Shown: piece by piece, positions 1-10,608 of the stretch
Layout: each line of letters opens with the position of its first letter
Position numbering within the stretch: the first letter of the stretch is position 1
Notes under the pieces: model-generated
The model's database searches: none
What the model was told of the DNA's origin: nothing
What the model saw: only the letters and a program-made list of their open reading frames with translations
Position numbers and translations under genes: made by a program
Origin: Flavobacteriaceae bacterium
GTDB lineage: Bacteria; Bacteroidota; Bacteroidia; Flavobacteriales; Flavobacteriaceae
DNA length: 32,000 nt
Assembly: GCA_965224465.1 (NCBI GenBank)
Contig: OZ245049.1
Coordinates: 4,980,001 to 5,012,000 of the forward strand
Reading direction: 5' to 3'

Positions 1-2838
1 GTAAATGGACGAAGAGTGCTCAATGTTAAGTTAGCTCAAAGTGCAGAGTCGTTAAACGAAGTCGTTGTAACTGCTTTGGGGATTAAAAGAGAAAAAAGAT
101 CCTTAGGATACTCTGTTTCTGAAGTAAAAGGAGCATCGGTTTCTTTAGCAAAAGAATCAAATGTTGTAAATTCATTAGCAGGTAAAGTTGCAGGGGTCGT
201 AATTACCCAGTCAGCCTCTGGACCTGCAGGAGGAACAAGAGTCATCATCAGAGGGAATAACTCTATTACAGGGAACAATCAGCCATTGTATGTAGTAGAT
301 GGTGTTCCTATAGATAATTCTGGTATTGGTTCTGCAAACGGTTCAAATACGGGTGAGTATAGTCGTTCAGATTTGGGAACTGGTATTTCGGATATTAATC
401 CTGACGATATCGAATCTATGTCTGTTTTAAAAGGACCAAACGCAGCAGCTTTGTATGGTTCAAGAGCAAGTAATGGTGTAATAATTATTACAACAAAAAA
501 AGGCGGTGAACAAAAAGGATTGGGAGTTTCTTTAACTTCAAGTACAACTTTTAACTCTCCTCTAGTTTTACCTCAATATCAAAATCAATATGGTCAAGGT
601 AAAGATGGCAATTTTGCTACTGATTTAACAGAATTAAAATCAAATGGTTCTTGGGGGCCTAAATTTGATGGATCTTCACAATTGTATTATAATGGAGAAA
701 ATAGACCTTATGTTGCACAACCAAATAACGTTGAGAGCTTTTTTCAAACAGGTGTGAGTTTGGTAAATACAATTGCTGTTAGTAAAAGTACTACAGATTC
801 ATCTTTAAGATTTTCTTATTCTAATTCAGATTTAGGATCTATTTTACCTAATTCTAAAGTGAAAAGAAATAATTTTAATTTAAGAGGTTTCTCAAAAATT
901 ACAGATAAGTTTTCTTTAGATGCTAAAGTAACTTATTTTTTACAAGATGCTAACAACAGAGCTACACAAGGAACCGAAGGTATTATGGCGTATGTATATG
1001 GTATGCCTAGAAATATTGTAACAGAGGATTTAAAAAAATACCAAGATCTAGACAATGGTTATGGTATTATTGCTCCAAGTTCTAGTGGGGGTAATCCTTA
1101 TGCTATTTTGTACAATGATTTGAATGAAGATGACAGAACTCGTTTTACAGGTTTTGCAAAAGCACAATATGATTTTAGTGATAAATTACAAGCATTTATG
1201 AGAATAGGTACTGATGCAGTTTCACATAACACAAAAAGTGTGACAGCTGTAGGGCATCATTTTTACCCAGATGGAAGAATTAGTTATTCCAAAAATGATA
1301 GAAGAGAGACCAACTATGATTTCTTATTTATGTATAATGATGATTTAAGTGATGCTTTTAATTTGTCTGCAAATTTAGGAGGAAATTCCTTACATTCTAC
1401 ATATATAGGATCCTCTATAAGAGGTGAGGACTTTAAAATTCCAGGTAAGTATTTTATTTCAAATACAGATGGAGAGAAAATAAGAGTTTCACAGTCTGAT
1501 TTGATCGAGAAAAAAGTAAACTCTTTATATGGTTCTACTTCATTATCGTACAAAAACATGGCATATTTAGATTTAACAGGTCGTAATGATTGGTCGTCTG
1601 CTTTAGCGGCAGAGAACCGTTCTTATTTTTATAAATCTGCAAGTTTAAGTTTATTAGTAAGTAAAATGGTTGATTTATCTGCTGCAGGAGTTGATTTTGC
1701 AAAAATCAGATTTAGTTTTGCAAATGTTGGTAACGATACAGGAGCACAACAGATAGTGAATTTGTATAGCGTTGCTTCAAATGGTTATTTAGGAAATGTT
1801 ACTGTGTCTAGACCTAATATTAAGTTTAGTAAAAGTTTAAGGCCAGAAGATGTTACATCTACAGAAGTTGGTTTTGAGTTAAAGGCATTTAAAAATAGAT
1901 TTTTTGCAGATTTCACTTATTACTCCATAGCGTCAAAGGATTTAATTTTTGATGTACCTGTAGATGCTGCAACTAAATATTCGCATTTTAGAGAAAACGT
2001 TGGAGAAATCACCAATAAAGGATTTGAGTTGATGCTTGGGGGAACCCCTATTAAAAACGAGAATTTTATATGGACTGTGTCTGCAAATATATCACAAAAC
2101 AAAAATAAATTAGTTAGTTTGATAGAGGGGCAAGACTACTTTAAATTTTCAACATCTAATAGTGGAGTAATCGATGTAAGAGCTCAAGTAGGAGGTGGAT
2201 TTGGTGATATCTATGGAAAGACATGGAAAAGATCAGAAGATGGACAAATATTACTAACTGCTACAGGAAGACCTCAAGCAAGTGATGAAAGAGTGAAGTT
2301 AGGGAACTATCAACCAGACATGGTTGGAGGGCTAACCAATAGTTTTAACTATAAAAATTTCTCTGTAAATTTCTTGATCGACTTTAGGATTGGTGGAGAA
2401 ATTTATTCGGGAACAGACGCTGCTTTAGATGCAAGTGGATCTTCTTTACGTTCATTAAAATACAGAGAAGGTGGAGTAATTGTCGACGGAGTTTGGGATG
2501 ATGGAGGTGTTTTAAAAGCAAATACAACAAATATCAGTGCTCAGGATTACTGGGGGTCTGTAAGTGGTATTGCTTCTGAGTATATATACGATCAAACAAA
2601 TGTACGTTTGAGAGAGTTGAGTGTAACTTACAAAATGCCTTCTAAAATGTTAAGTAAAACATTTATTAAAGATGCATCTTTAAGTCTTACAGGAAGAAAT
2701 CTTTTCTTTATTTATAAAGAAAGTGAGAATTTTGATCCAGAGACAAGTTACTCTACGAGTAATTTTGCACAAGGAGTATTGTATTACAACTTACCTACCA
2801 CAAGTAGTATGGGAGTGAGTTTAAATGTTAAATTTTAA
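1..2838 (+). CDS. SusC/RagA-like TonB-dependent outer-membrane transporter, 5'-truncated by the window edge
   Basis: Frame 1 is open from base 1, and the listed start at 16 is an in-frame GTG. The segment AESLNEVVVTALGIKREKRSLGYSVSEVKG matches residues ~97-127 of the full-length paralog at 4839. DDIESMSVLKGPNAAALYGSRASNGVIIITTKKG is a plug-domain motif. The protein ends in a terminal Phe (SLNVKF), and a SusD-like lipoprotein gene starts 11 bp downstream. Confidence 0.9.
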   Translation, partial: VNGRRVLNVKLAQSAESLNEVVVTALGIKREKRSLGYSVSEVKGASVSLAKESNVVNSLAGKVAGVVITQSASGPAGGTRVIIRGNNSITGNNQPLYVVDGVPIDNSGIGSANGSNTGEYSRSDLGTGISDINPDDIESMSVLKGPNAAALYGSRASNGVIIITTKKGGEQKGLGVSLTSSTTFNSPLVLPQYQNQYGQGKDGNFATDLTELKSNGSWGPKFDGSSQLYYNGENRPYVAQPNNVESFFQTGVSLVNTIAVSKSTTDSSLRFSYSNSDLGSILPNSKVKRNNFNLRGFSKITDKFSLDAKVTYFLQDANNRATQGTEGIMAYVYGMPRNIVTEDLKKYQDLDNGYGIIAPSSSGGNPYAILYNDLNEDDRTRFTGFAKAQYDFSDKLQAFMRIGTDAVSHNTKSVTAVGHHFYPDGRISYSKNDRRETNYDFLFMYNDDLSDAFNLSANLGGNSLHSTYIGSSIRGEDFKIPGKYFISNTDGEKIRVSQSDLIEKKVNSLYGSTSLSYKNMAYLDLTGRNDWSSALAAENRSYFYKSASLSLLVSKMVDLSAAGVDFAKIRFSFANVGNDTGAQQIVNLYSVASNGYLGNVTVSRPNIKFSKSLRPEDVTSTEVGFELKAFKNRFFADFTYYSIASKDLIFDVPVDAATKYSHFRENVGEITNKGFELMLGGTPIKNENFIWTVSANISQNKNKLVSLIEGQDYFKFSTSNSGVIDVRAQVGGGFGDIYGKTWKRSEDGQILLTATGRPQASDERVKLGNYQPDMVGGLTNSFNYKNFSVNFLIDFRIGGEIYSGTDAALDASGSSLRSLKYREGGVIVDGVWDDGGVLKANTTNISAQDYWGSVSGIASEYIYDQTNVRLRELSVTYKMPSKMLSKTFIKDASLSLTGRNLFFIYKESENFDPETSYSTSNFAQGVLYYNLPTTSSMGVSLNVKF

Positions 2839-2849
2839 TTCTATTTAAA

Positions 2850-4544
2850 ATGAAAAATATCAAATTATTTATATTTAGTGCGCTGTTTTTTACAGCGTTA
2901 TCTTGTACCGGAGATTTTGATGAAATCAACACTAATAAGCAAGGTTTTGATTCGTCGGAGTTAAATGCTAACTTTTTTATTACAGAAGCGCAATTCCAAT
3001 TATATGCGCCAGCACGTTATCCATACTGGAGAGCACAGTTAATTCATGCAGATAGATTTGCAGGGCATTTTACATTTGGACACGATGGTTCTTGGTGGGG
3101 TGATGGTTTAGGCTATAATTATTCAGCAGGATATACGGATGCAACTTATGGTTGGATGTCTGGTTATTTTGGTAAAGTTCAGGCTTTTATCGATATTACC
3201 AAAAAAGATGCTGAGTTTGATAACGAATATTTGTATTCAATGGGACTTATCATGAGGTCTTTATATTATCAAATGTATACAGATACCTTTGGAATGATTC
3301 CTTATAGTGAAGCTGGGGTTGAAGGTATTTTAACACCAAAATTTGATTCTCAAATGGACATTTACAAAAATGTAATTGCCGATTTAGATGAAGCGATGCA
3401 GATTATTGGAGATACTGAAAAAACGGCTGTAGGAGTAGAGGCTATTTCAAAAAATGATGTGTATTGTGGAGGGGATTTACAGAAGTGGAAAAAACTCGCA
3501 AATACATTAAAATTAAGAATGGCAATGCGTGCTTTAGGTGCTTCGGGAGAAGATTTTGCTGCCAATGCAATTAATGCTGCTTTAGCAAGTCCTTTGTTAG
3601 ATATGAATACAGGAAGTGTTACCATGATAAAAGACGTAAAAATTGGTCAATGGGCTAGTTGTGCTTATGGAGATGTATGGCATAGTTTTGGTCGTGGTTC
3701 CGACTGGACAATGGGAGAAACTTTGATTAATATATTAAAAAGCACCTCAGATCCACGTTTAGCTGCTTACGCAAAACCTGTTGTAGGGGGAGAATTTGTA
3801 TTTGAATTTGTGCCTTCAGATTCTGATGGAGCAGATAAAAAAATAGATTTTAATCAAAGACTGGATTTTATGATTGCTACTTTAGATAAATCAAATGCAA
3901 TTTATACAAAAACGGTGGTTGGTGAAATCACAACCATTACTATTGAACCAGGTCAGTTTATTGGTCAACCAACAAGATTGAATGGAGACATCAAGCCATT
4001 GGTGAAATTTGATATGTTTAGTTCTCCAAGTGAGTTGGTGACACAGAAAACAGGTAAGGGGCAAGAAGCGTATCCTGAAATTATATTGACCAGTGCAGAG
4101 GCTTATTTTTTACAAGCTGAAGCAGCGGTTAGAGGTATTGGCTCAGGAAATGCTCAAAGTTTATTTGAAAATGGAATTATGGAAGCAATGAAATTGTGGA
4201 ATGTAAGTGATGGAAAAATCGCTGTGTACATAGCAGATCAAGATGCTGCAAATATAAGTGCAGGTACTCTGGACGAGAAACTTAAAAAAATAGCGATTCA
4301 ACGTTGGTTATTAAATTATACGGACGGTTTTGAAGCATGGGCAGTAGTTCGTGATACAGGATATCCAACCGAGTTGTATCAAGGAGTTTCTGAAGCAAAG
4401 ATTTTTGAGTTAGGAACTTTAAATGGTGCTTATCCACAGCGTATGAGGTACGGTAGTGATGCGCAAACAAATCCTAATTATTCTGCAGCTATCTCTGCTC
4501 AAGGAGAGGATGTGCAAGGAACAAAGCTGTGGTTTGCTAAATAG
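2850..4544 (+). CDS. SusD/RagB-family nutrient-binding outer-membrane lipoprotein
   Basis: It has a signal peptide with a lipobox (FFTALSC) and is 564 aa. It lies immediately 3' of a SusC-like gene. The Ala/Leu-rich helical segments (KWKKLANTLKLRMAMR) are typical of SusD-like proteins. Confidence 0.85.
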   Translation: MKNIKLFIFSALFFTALSCTGDFDEINTNKQGFDSSELNANFFITEAQFQLYAPARYPYWRAQLIHADRFAGHFTFGHDGSWWGDGLGYNYSAGYTDATYGWMSGYFGKVQAFIDITKKDAEFDNEYLYSMGLIMRSLYYQMYTDTFGMIPYSEAGVEGILTPKFDSQMDIYKNVIADLDEAMQIIGDTEKTAVGVEAISKNDVYCGGDLQKWKKLANTLKLRMAMRALGASGEDFAANAINAALASPLLDMNTGSVTMIKDVKIGQWASCAYGDVWHSFGRGSDWTMGETLINILKSTSDPRLAAYAKPVVGGEFVFEFVPSDSDGADKKIDFNQRLDFMIATLDKSNAIYTKTVVGEITTITIEPGQFIGQPTRLNGDIKPLVKFDMFSSPSELVTQKTGKGQEAYPEIILTSAEAYFLQAEAAVRGIGSGNAQSLFENGIMEAMKLWNVSDGKIAVYIADQDAANISAGTLDEKLKKIAIQRWLLNYTDGFEAWAVVRDTGYPTELYQGVSEAKIFELGTLNGAYPQRMRYGSDAQTNPNYSAAISAQGEDVQGTKLWFAK

Positions 4545-4578
4545 CGATTGTTAATACAGATACATATATAAGTTTTTT

Positions 4579-4613
4579 AAAGAGGTTGTCAATTTTATTG
4601 ACAACCTCTTTTT
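4579..4613 (+). terminator. rho-independent terminator after the first SusC/D pair
   Basis: A perfect 14-bp stem (aaagaggttgtcaa / ttgacaacctcttt) with a 5-nt loop runs into a T-rich stretch 35 bp after the SusD stop. Confidence 0.8.
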
Positions 4614-4838
4614 ATTTTATTTATTAATATTTAACTTAAAAATGGTAATTCATTTTGTTTTTTTCTGTTAGGGGTGTTAATTTTATCAATATCGTATCTA
4701 TTCCTTGTTTTTACTGCATATTTACTCGGATTATACAGCCTTCCTACAACGATGTAGAAGCGCTCTTGGTCGAAAACATTCCACCTAAAAGCTCAATTTT
4801 ACTACTTTTAACAAGATATTAACTCAAACAATTAATTA

Positions 4839-7800
4839 ATGATGCAAAATGTATTAAAACTGTTTTTTGCTATTTGTATACTAGGAATCTCTAGTTTGCA
4901 AGCACAAACAGTAAATGGAACAATTACAGATGCCGTAGATGGGAGTCCACTTCCTGGTGTGAATGTAATTATTAAAGGAACTTCAAATGGTGTTTCTGCA
5001 GATTTTGATGGTAAATATTCTATCAATACAGAAAAAACCAATGCTATCCTTGTATTTTCATACATGGGATACACAACTAAAGAAGTTGCGGTGAATGGAA
5101 AAGCTATGATTAATGTAGCTTTAGAGCAAAGTGCAGAATCTTTAAATACAGTTGTGGTAACTGCGCTTGGGATTAAAAGGGAAACTAAGAAATTAGGTTT
5201 CGCTATGACAGAGGTTAAAGGGGCTGAATTGGCTAAGACAAATGCTATAAATCCTGTATTGGCTTTACAAGGTAAATCTGCCGGTTTAAGTATTGGTGCT
5301 TCTGATGGAGGTTTATTTGGGAATTCTAAAATTCAAATTAGAGGTATCGCTTCTTTAAATTCAAATAATAACCAACCAATTTTTGTGATTGATGGTGTTA
5401 TTTTAGAAAACAGTGTTTCTGATGCTAGTGCCGATTGGAATTCAAGTGCGAATGACTACGGTAATATATTGAAAAACTTAAATCCAGATGATTATAAAAG
5501 TATATCTGTATTAAAAGGTGCGGCAGCAACTGCATTGTATGGTTCTCGTGGTATCAATGGTGTTATTATCATTCAGTCTAAAGATGGTGAAAGTGCTCGT
5601 GGGATTGGTGTTTCAATAAAACAAACTGTTGGTTTTGAAACAGTTTACAAGCAGCCAGGACTACAGTATGAGTACGGTGAAGGAAAGGTGGCTGGTTGGG
5701 TTACTTATGGTAAAAAAAATCCAGCAGGTGGATTCTATAAGTTTGATACACAACAAATGTTTACTGATACTAATGGGGATGCTACTTTAGTAAATCGACC
5801 TTGGACAGGGTGGATGGGGAACGGCCCTAAATATGATGGACGCCCTATAATTGGATATGATGGTGAAATGACCACTTATAGTCCTGTAAAAAATAATATG
5901 ATTAATGCTTATGATACAGGATATAATTCCAATACATCTATCGCATTAAAAGGAGGGAATGAAAAAGGTAATTTCTACTTGTCTGACTCCTATAATAAAA
6001 GAACGGGAACTATTCCTAATAGTGAGTTTTTAAGAAATTCAATTTTATTGTCTGGATCTTATCAATTAGCTCCTTGGTTAAAAGCAAAAGCATCTATTTC
6101 TATTGCTCATTCTGTTTCTAAAAATCCTAAGAGTGACCTTTCTCAAATGTTCTTAGGAGGCGGATGGACAAATATTTACGATACTAATAAGTATAAGCAA
6201 AACAAATATTGGCAAGCTACACATGGAGGTGTACCTAGTTCTAAATACGGTGATAAATATACAAATGTACCCAATGGAGGTGTTTGGTTTGATTATTTGA
6301 TGCAAGATTTTGAACGTAAAGAGCAAGTTGTTAGACCCGTTGTGCGTTTGACTGCAACTGTAACGGATTGGTTATCACTTGCTGTTGAAGGTAATATGAA
6401 TAGTTATACTATTAAAACAGAAAATAAAGAAATTGGTACTGGGTACTTTAATTACGGAGGTTCGTATGCTTTGAATCACGATACTGATGAAAGTATGACA
6501 GGTAAGTTTACGGCAAACTTTTCTAAAGATTTCTCTAAAGATTTTACGGCTTCATTACTTTTAGGGTCTGAAATATGGAAACAAGAAAAATCATATACCA
6601 AAGTAAAAACAGATGGAGGTTTAATTGTTCCAGGTCGTTTTTATCTTGGGAATTCAAAGAAGACATTAAAATCTGAAGGTGGTGTTTACGGAACAAAACA
6701 AATTAGTTCAGCGTATTTTATGGCTAGTTTTGGTTTTAAAGATCAATTGTTTGTGGATGTTACAGGTCGTAATGACTGGTCATCTGCATTAGTGTACACG
6801 GATGGTACGGGGTCTAATTCATATTTTTACCCTTCAGTTTCTACATCTTGGATTATGGATAAAACCTTTGATATGCCAGAATGGGTGTCATTTTCAAAAT
6901 TGAGAACTTCTTGGGCACAGGTTGGTTCTGATACGGATCCATATGCTATTAATAAAGGATATAATGTTGGGAAATATCAAATGGACGGAGGTAATTTTGT
7001 GTATCATAATGGAATTAATACAACATTAGTAGATCGTTCAATAAAACCAGAAAGAAAAAATTCTTTTGAAATTGGAGCAGATTTACGATTTTTATCTAAC
7101 AGATTAGGTTTGGATATAGCTTATTATGATGAGACTATTAAAAATCAAATTGGTAGTGTGCCATTGAATAAAGAAACAGGGTATAAAAACTTATTGTCCA
7201 ATATTGGAACGTTGACAAATAGAGGGTATGAAGTTACTTTAAACGCAACACCTGTTAAAACAGCAAATTTTAAATGGGAAACAACAGCTAGTTACTGGAC
7301 TTCTAAAACAGAAGTAAAAGACCTGCATAAAGATTATGGAGATTATAAACCTTTAGCAGGAGATGTTTCTTATGGAAGTTTCCGTGTTGGATCTGTTGCT
7401 TTCGAAGGAGGCGAATATGGGGTCTTAATGTCTGATTCTACCCCTTTGGTTTGGCAGTCAACTGATGTTGACGGTAAGAATATTTCGGATCCAAGAAACG
7501 GTATGAAAGTGTTAACTTGGTCTGATTCTAAACGTGGTGCTGCTTATACTAGATCTAATGAAAAAAAAGTAATAGGAAAAATGTTGCCTGATTTTGAATG
7601 GTCTTTTAGTAATAACTTTACATATAAAGGATTTAATTTGTCAGTATTACTAGATGCCCGTTATGGGGGGTATATGGCCTCGTACTCTAATAGATATGGA
7701 ACAGCTTACGGTTGGTTAAATACATCATTAAAAGGTAGAGATGCTGAACACGGTGGTGTGGCTTGGGCTTCTTCTTATGCTGATGATAAAGGTTCTAAGT

Positions 7801-8249
7801 ATCAAGATGGTGTAATTCCTGAGGGGGTTTTTGCTGAAGGACAAACAATCAAAGGGCCCAAAGGATCTGTAGATGTTGGTGGTTTAACATATCAAGAAGC
7901 TTTTGATCAAGGTTTAGTAGAACCTACTCACGCAAGTTATTTCCATTACCGTAATAATTCATGGGCAGATGGAGTGGTTAATGACGATTGGTTTAATGAA
8001 GTAAAGTATATCGCTTTGCGTAATATTTCTATTGGGTATAATTTACCTAATACTGTAGCGGATAAAATAGGTGCAAAAAGCTTATATATATCGTTAAATG
8101 GGAGGAACTTAGGGTATTTGTACAATTCACTACCTAATGATTTGAATCCTGAAAGTTTTAGAGGGACAAGTAGTAGTGCTTCTTTTCGTGAGCGTTCATT
8201 CAGTCCATATACTGCAAGTTATACAATGACAATTGCAGTTGACTTTTAA
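4839..8249 (+). CDS. SusC/RagA-like TonB-dependent transporter, full length with N-terminal carboxypeptidase-regulatory-like domain
   Basis: It has a signal peptide (ISSLQAQ). The segment TVNGTITDAVDGSPLPGVNVIIKGTSNGVSADFDGKYS is a CarbopepD_reg-like fold motif. The SusC signature AESLNTVVVTALGIKRETKKLGFAMTEVKG and the plug motif ISVLKGAAATALYGSRGINGVIIIQSK are present. The protein is 1136 aa and ends in a terminal Phe. Confidence 0.92.
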   Translation: MMQNVLKLFFAICILGISSLQAQTVNGTITDAVDGSPLPGVNVIIKGTSNGVSADFDGKYSINTEKTNAILVFSYMGYTTKEVAVNGKAMINVALEQSAESLNTVVVTALGIKRETKKLGFAMTEVKGAELAKTNAINPVLALQGKSAGLSIGASDGGLFGNSKIQIRGIASLNSNNNQPIFVIDGVILENSVSDASADWNSSANDYGNILKNLNPDDYKSISVLKGAAATALYGSRGINGVIIIQSKDGESARGIGVSIKQTVGFETVYKQPGLQYEYGEGKVAGWVTYGKKNPAGGFYKFDTQQMFTDTNGDATLVNRPWTGWMGNGPKYDGRPIIGYDGEMTTYSPVKNNMINAYDTGYNSNTSIALKGGNEKGNFYLSDSYNKRTGTIPNSEFLRNSILLSGSYQLAPWLKAKASISIAHSVSKNPKSDLSQMFLGGGWTNIYDTNKYKQNKYWQATHGGVPSSKYGDKYTNVPNGGVWFDYLMQDFERKEQVVRPVVRLTATVTDWLSLAVEGNMNSYTIKTENKEIGTGYFNYGGSYALNHDTDESMTGKFTANFSKDFSKDFTASLLLGSEIWKQEKSYTKVKTDGGLIVPGRFYLGNSKKTLKSEGGVYGTKQISSAYFMASFGFKDQLFVDVTGRNDWSSALVYTDGTGSNSYFYPSVSTSWIMDKTFDMPEWVSFSKLRTSWAQVGSDTDPYAINKGYNVGKYQMDGGNFVYHNGINTTLVDRSIKPERKNSFEIGADLRFLSNRLGLDIAYYDETIKNQIGSVPLNKETGYKNLLSNIGTLTNRGYEVTLNATPVKTANFKWETTASYWTSKTEVKDLHKDYGDYKPLAGDVSYGSFRVGSVAFEGGEYGVLMSDSTPLVWQSTDVDGKNISDPRNGMKVLTWSDSKRGAAYTRSNEKKVIGKMLPDFEWSFSNNFTYKGFNLSVLLDARYGGYMASYSNRYGTAYGWLNTSLKGRDAEHGGVAWASSYADDKGSKYQDGVIPEGVFAEGQTIKGPKGSVDVGGLTYQEAFDQGLVEPTHASYFHYRNNSWADGVVNDDWFNEVKYIALRNISIGYNLPNTVADKIGAKSLYISLNGRNLGYLYNSLPNDLNPESFRGTSSSASFRERSFSPYTASYTMTIAVDF

Positions 8250-8266
8250 TATTAATATGAAATAAG

Positions 8267-10126
8267 ATGAAAAATATATTTAAATTAAGTTTAATTCTTT
8301 TAACTGTTTTTGTTACAAGTTGTGATAAAGATGAGTTTGCGAAATTAAATAGTAAGCCATCAGAATTGTCAAAAGCAGAATTGAGATATTCAGTGACAAG
8401 GTCTGTAGAGCAAATGTTTGAGAACGATTATACAGTATGGTTCTACAATAATTTTGATTACGCTTTTCCTTGGGGGCAGTTAACAGGGGTAGGAACAGGT
8501 AATGACGAGAACTTTGTAAAGATGGGGGCTTCTTCTTCTCAGAGTAGAGGTCTGTATTTAGGGGTAATTCCAAATACCTTGGATATTAGAAATACAATAG
8601 ATAATAAATTGGACACGGAAACATCTGCGAGTATGCAAGCGATGCGTGCAATGACGTATGCTATTCAGATTCAACCAGCAATCACAATTACTGATAATAC
8701 GGGGTCTATGGTGTATTCTGAAGCAGGAATGGCAGCTTATACGACTCCTGTTCTTTTAACTCCTAAGTATGAGAGCCAAAAGGAATTGTTTACTGTTTGG
8801 TTAAGTGAATTGGATGCTGCAATTGTTGGGTTAGCAAAAGAAAATCAATTTAACATTGGTGCAAATGATGTTATTTATGGTGGTGATTATGCGAAATGGG
8901 CTAAATTTTGTAATCTTTTAAAGTTAAAAATAGCTGCTAGATTGGTGAATACTGATCGATCAAGAGCATTGGCTATTGCAGAAGAAGTTGCGAATTCAAG
9001 TGCTGGTTTTATGTCTAGCTTGGATGATGACTTTATTTATAGAAGAGGAATTAAATATTTTGGAACTGGAGATGGTACAGCTCCAGGAGGAGCAGGTAAA
9101 AATATCATCGATTTTTTAGTTGCTAATAAAGACCCTCGTGTACGTTTCTTGTTTACAAAAAACTCTTTCAATGCAGAGGTTGTTCAGCAGTTTATCAAAG
9201 AAGGTGTTAATTTACCTCCATACGTAAAAGCAAACATTGTCTTTGATGGAAATGGTGATTTTAAAGAATGGGCTGGTGCTGGAGAGCCTTGGGTTCGTTA
9301 TTATGGAGCGCCATTGTCTCCCGATGCACAAAATAATCCTGATAATGATATCTATTTTAGACAAGGTCTTCTTAATAAAATAGTTATTGGAGATAAACAA
9401 AAATCTTACGGGTCTACTTCTAGTTATTCTGAAAGAATAACACGTACGGGAATGAATTTTACATTCCCTACTAAAATAGGAAGATTGTTAGAGGTAAAAG
9501 ATAATTATCCTGGGGTAAATGTTATTTTAGGTTCGTCTGCTGAAACAAATTTATATTTAGCAGAGTTTAAGACCTTAGGAGCGAATCTTCCTGGTTCTGC
9601 GCAACATTATTTTAACGAAGGTGTTCGTTTGTCTGTAGAAAGATTAGACGCCTTGGCAAAAAATAATGGAGATCCTTATTATAAAGGAGATCCTGTTTAC
9701 GCAACTGAAAATGAGAAATTGACAGGTGCAACCAAATTAGTTTCAGGTGAGATTACTGCCTTGTTATCAACTCCTGCATGTGATTTGTCTGTGGATGGTT
9801 TGGAGAAAATATATATTCAACAATATATCAATTTCGCTGCAACTCCTGGTGATTTTTGGACAACGGTTCGTCGTTCTGGAATTCCTAAAACAGGAAGTAC
9901 TATTTTTCCAAGAGAGCCTTTCTTAGCAAGTGGAACTGAATTAACAGTGCCGCGTAGGTTTGTTGTTGCTGCTGCTTCTACAGGGAGTAAGAACTATGAG
10001 AATGAGAAAAAAGCTATCGATGAGCAAGGGTTTACTGGTGGTTCTAATAATCCTACAATCTTAAATAAAGAAAGATTATGGTTTGATATTAGCAACCCTT
10101 TATACGGTGCTGGTCCAAAGAACTAA
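8267..10126 (+). CDS. SusD/RagB-family lipoprotein (second pair)
   Basis: It has a lipobox (VFVTSC), is 619 aa and lies 17 bp after the SusC-like stop. KWAKFCNLLKLKIAARL is a SusD-type helix. Confidence 0.85.
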   Translation: MKNIFKLSLILLTVFVTSCDKDEFAKLNSKPSELSKAELRYSVTRSVEQMFENDYTVWFYNNFDYAFPWGQLTGVGTGNDENFVKMGASSSQSRGLYLGVIPNTLDIRNTIDNKLDTETSASMQAMRAMTYAIQIQPAITITDNTGSMVYSEAGMAAYTTPVLLTPKYESQKELFTVWLSELDAAIVGLAKENQFNIGANDVIYGGDYAKWAKFCNLLKLKIAARLVNTDRSRALAIAEEVANSSAGFMSSLDDDFIYRRGIKYFGTGDGTAPGGAGKNIIDFLVANKDPRVRFLFTKNSFNAEVVQQFIKEGVNLPPYVKANIVFDGNGDFKEWAGAGEPWVRYYGAPLSPDAQNNPDNDIYFRQGLLNKIVIGDKQKSYGSTSSYSERITRTGMNFTFPTKIGRLLEVKDNYPGVNVILGSSAETNLYLAEFKTLGANLPGSAQHYFNEGVRLSVERLDALAKNNGDPYYKGDPVYATENEKLTGATKLVSGEITALLSTPACDLSVDGLEKIYIQQYINFAATPGDFWTTVRRSGIPKTGSTIFPREPFLASGTELTVPRRFVVAAASTGSKNYENEKKAIDEQGFTGGSNNPTILNKERLWFDISNPLYGAGPKN

Positions 10127-10146
10127 TAGAATTCTAATTATTATTA

Positions 10147-10181
10147 AAAGAGGTTACTTATAAAGTAGCCTCTTTTTTTTT
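10147..10181 (+). terminator. rho-independent terminator after the second SusC/D pair
   Basis: The stem is aaagaggttactt / aagtagcctcttt (one G.T pair) with a 3-nt loop, followed by a run of 9 T. Confidence 0.8.
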
Positions 10182-10608
10182 GAAATATTTTTAAAAATAA
10201 AAAAGACGTTTAGGAGATTAAATCTGCCATTGGTCGAATTTTTTATAATATGTAGTGTAAATTAAATATCTTTATTTGGGTTTAAACCACAATTTGTTAA
10301 ATCCATTTTCATAAAGATTACGTATCGTTTTAGGACGGTACTACAAGTGTTATTTTGAATTAAGATAGATTAATAAAGGAGAATTAGTGATGTGGACTAG
10401 TTCTTCTTTTTGTTTGAAACCCATTTAGTTATAGCAGTTGTTTTTCTGTATAATGTTTACAAACAGAATTAAAAATTGTTAATTAATATTAAAAAACTTA
10501 AGTGCGTAAATAGCTTTAATTGTGGGATAGGTTTGAAAGAATTGATTGAAATAAAAAATATTTGAAGAAAGAAAAATCAACCTTTTTTAAGGTTTAAATT
10601 ATATATAA

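Noticed and set aside
36-9400. Short antisense or alternative-frame ORFs lie inside the SusC/SusD genes (36..278, 1314..1559, 1920..2102, 3362..3625, 4282..4470, 4832..5074, 8313..8573, 9212..9400).
   Set aside because: All are fully embedded in long, motif-supported genes on the opposite strand. They have low-complexity or hydrophobic composition typical of shadow ORFs in AT-rich DNA.
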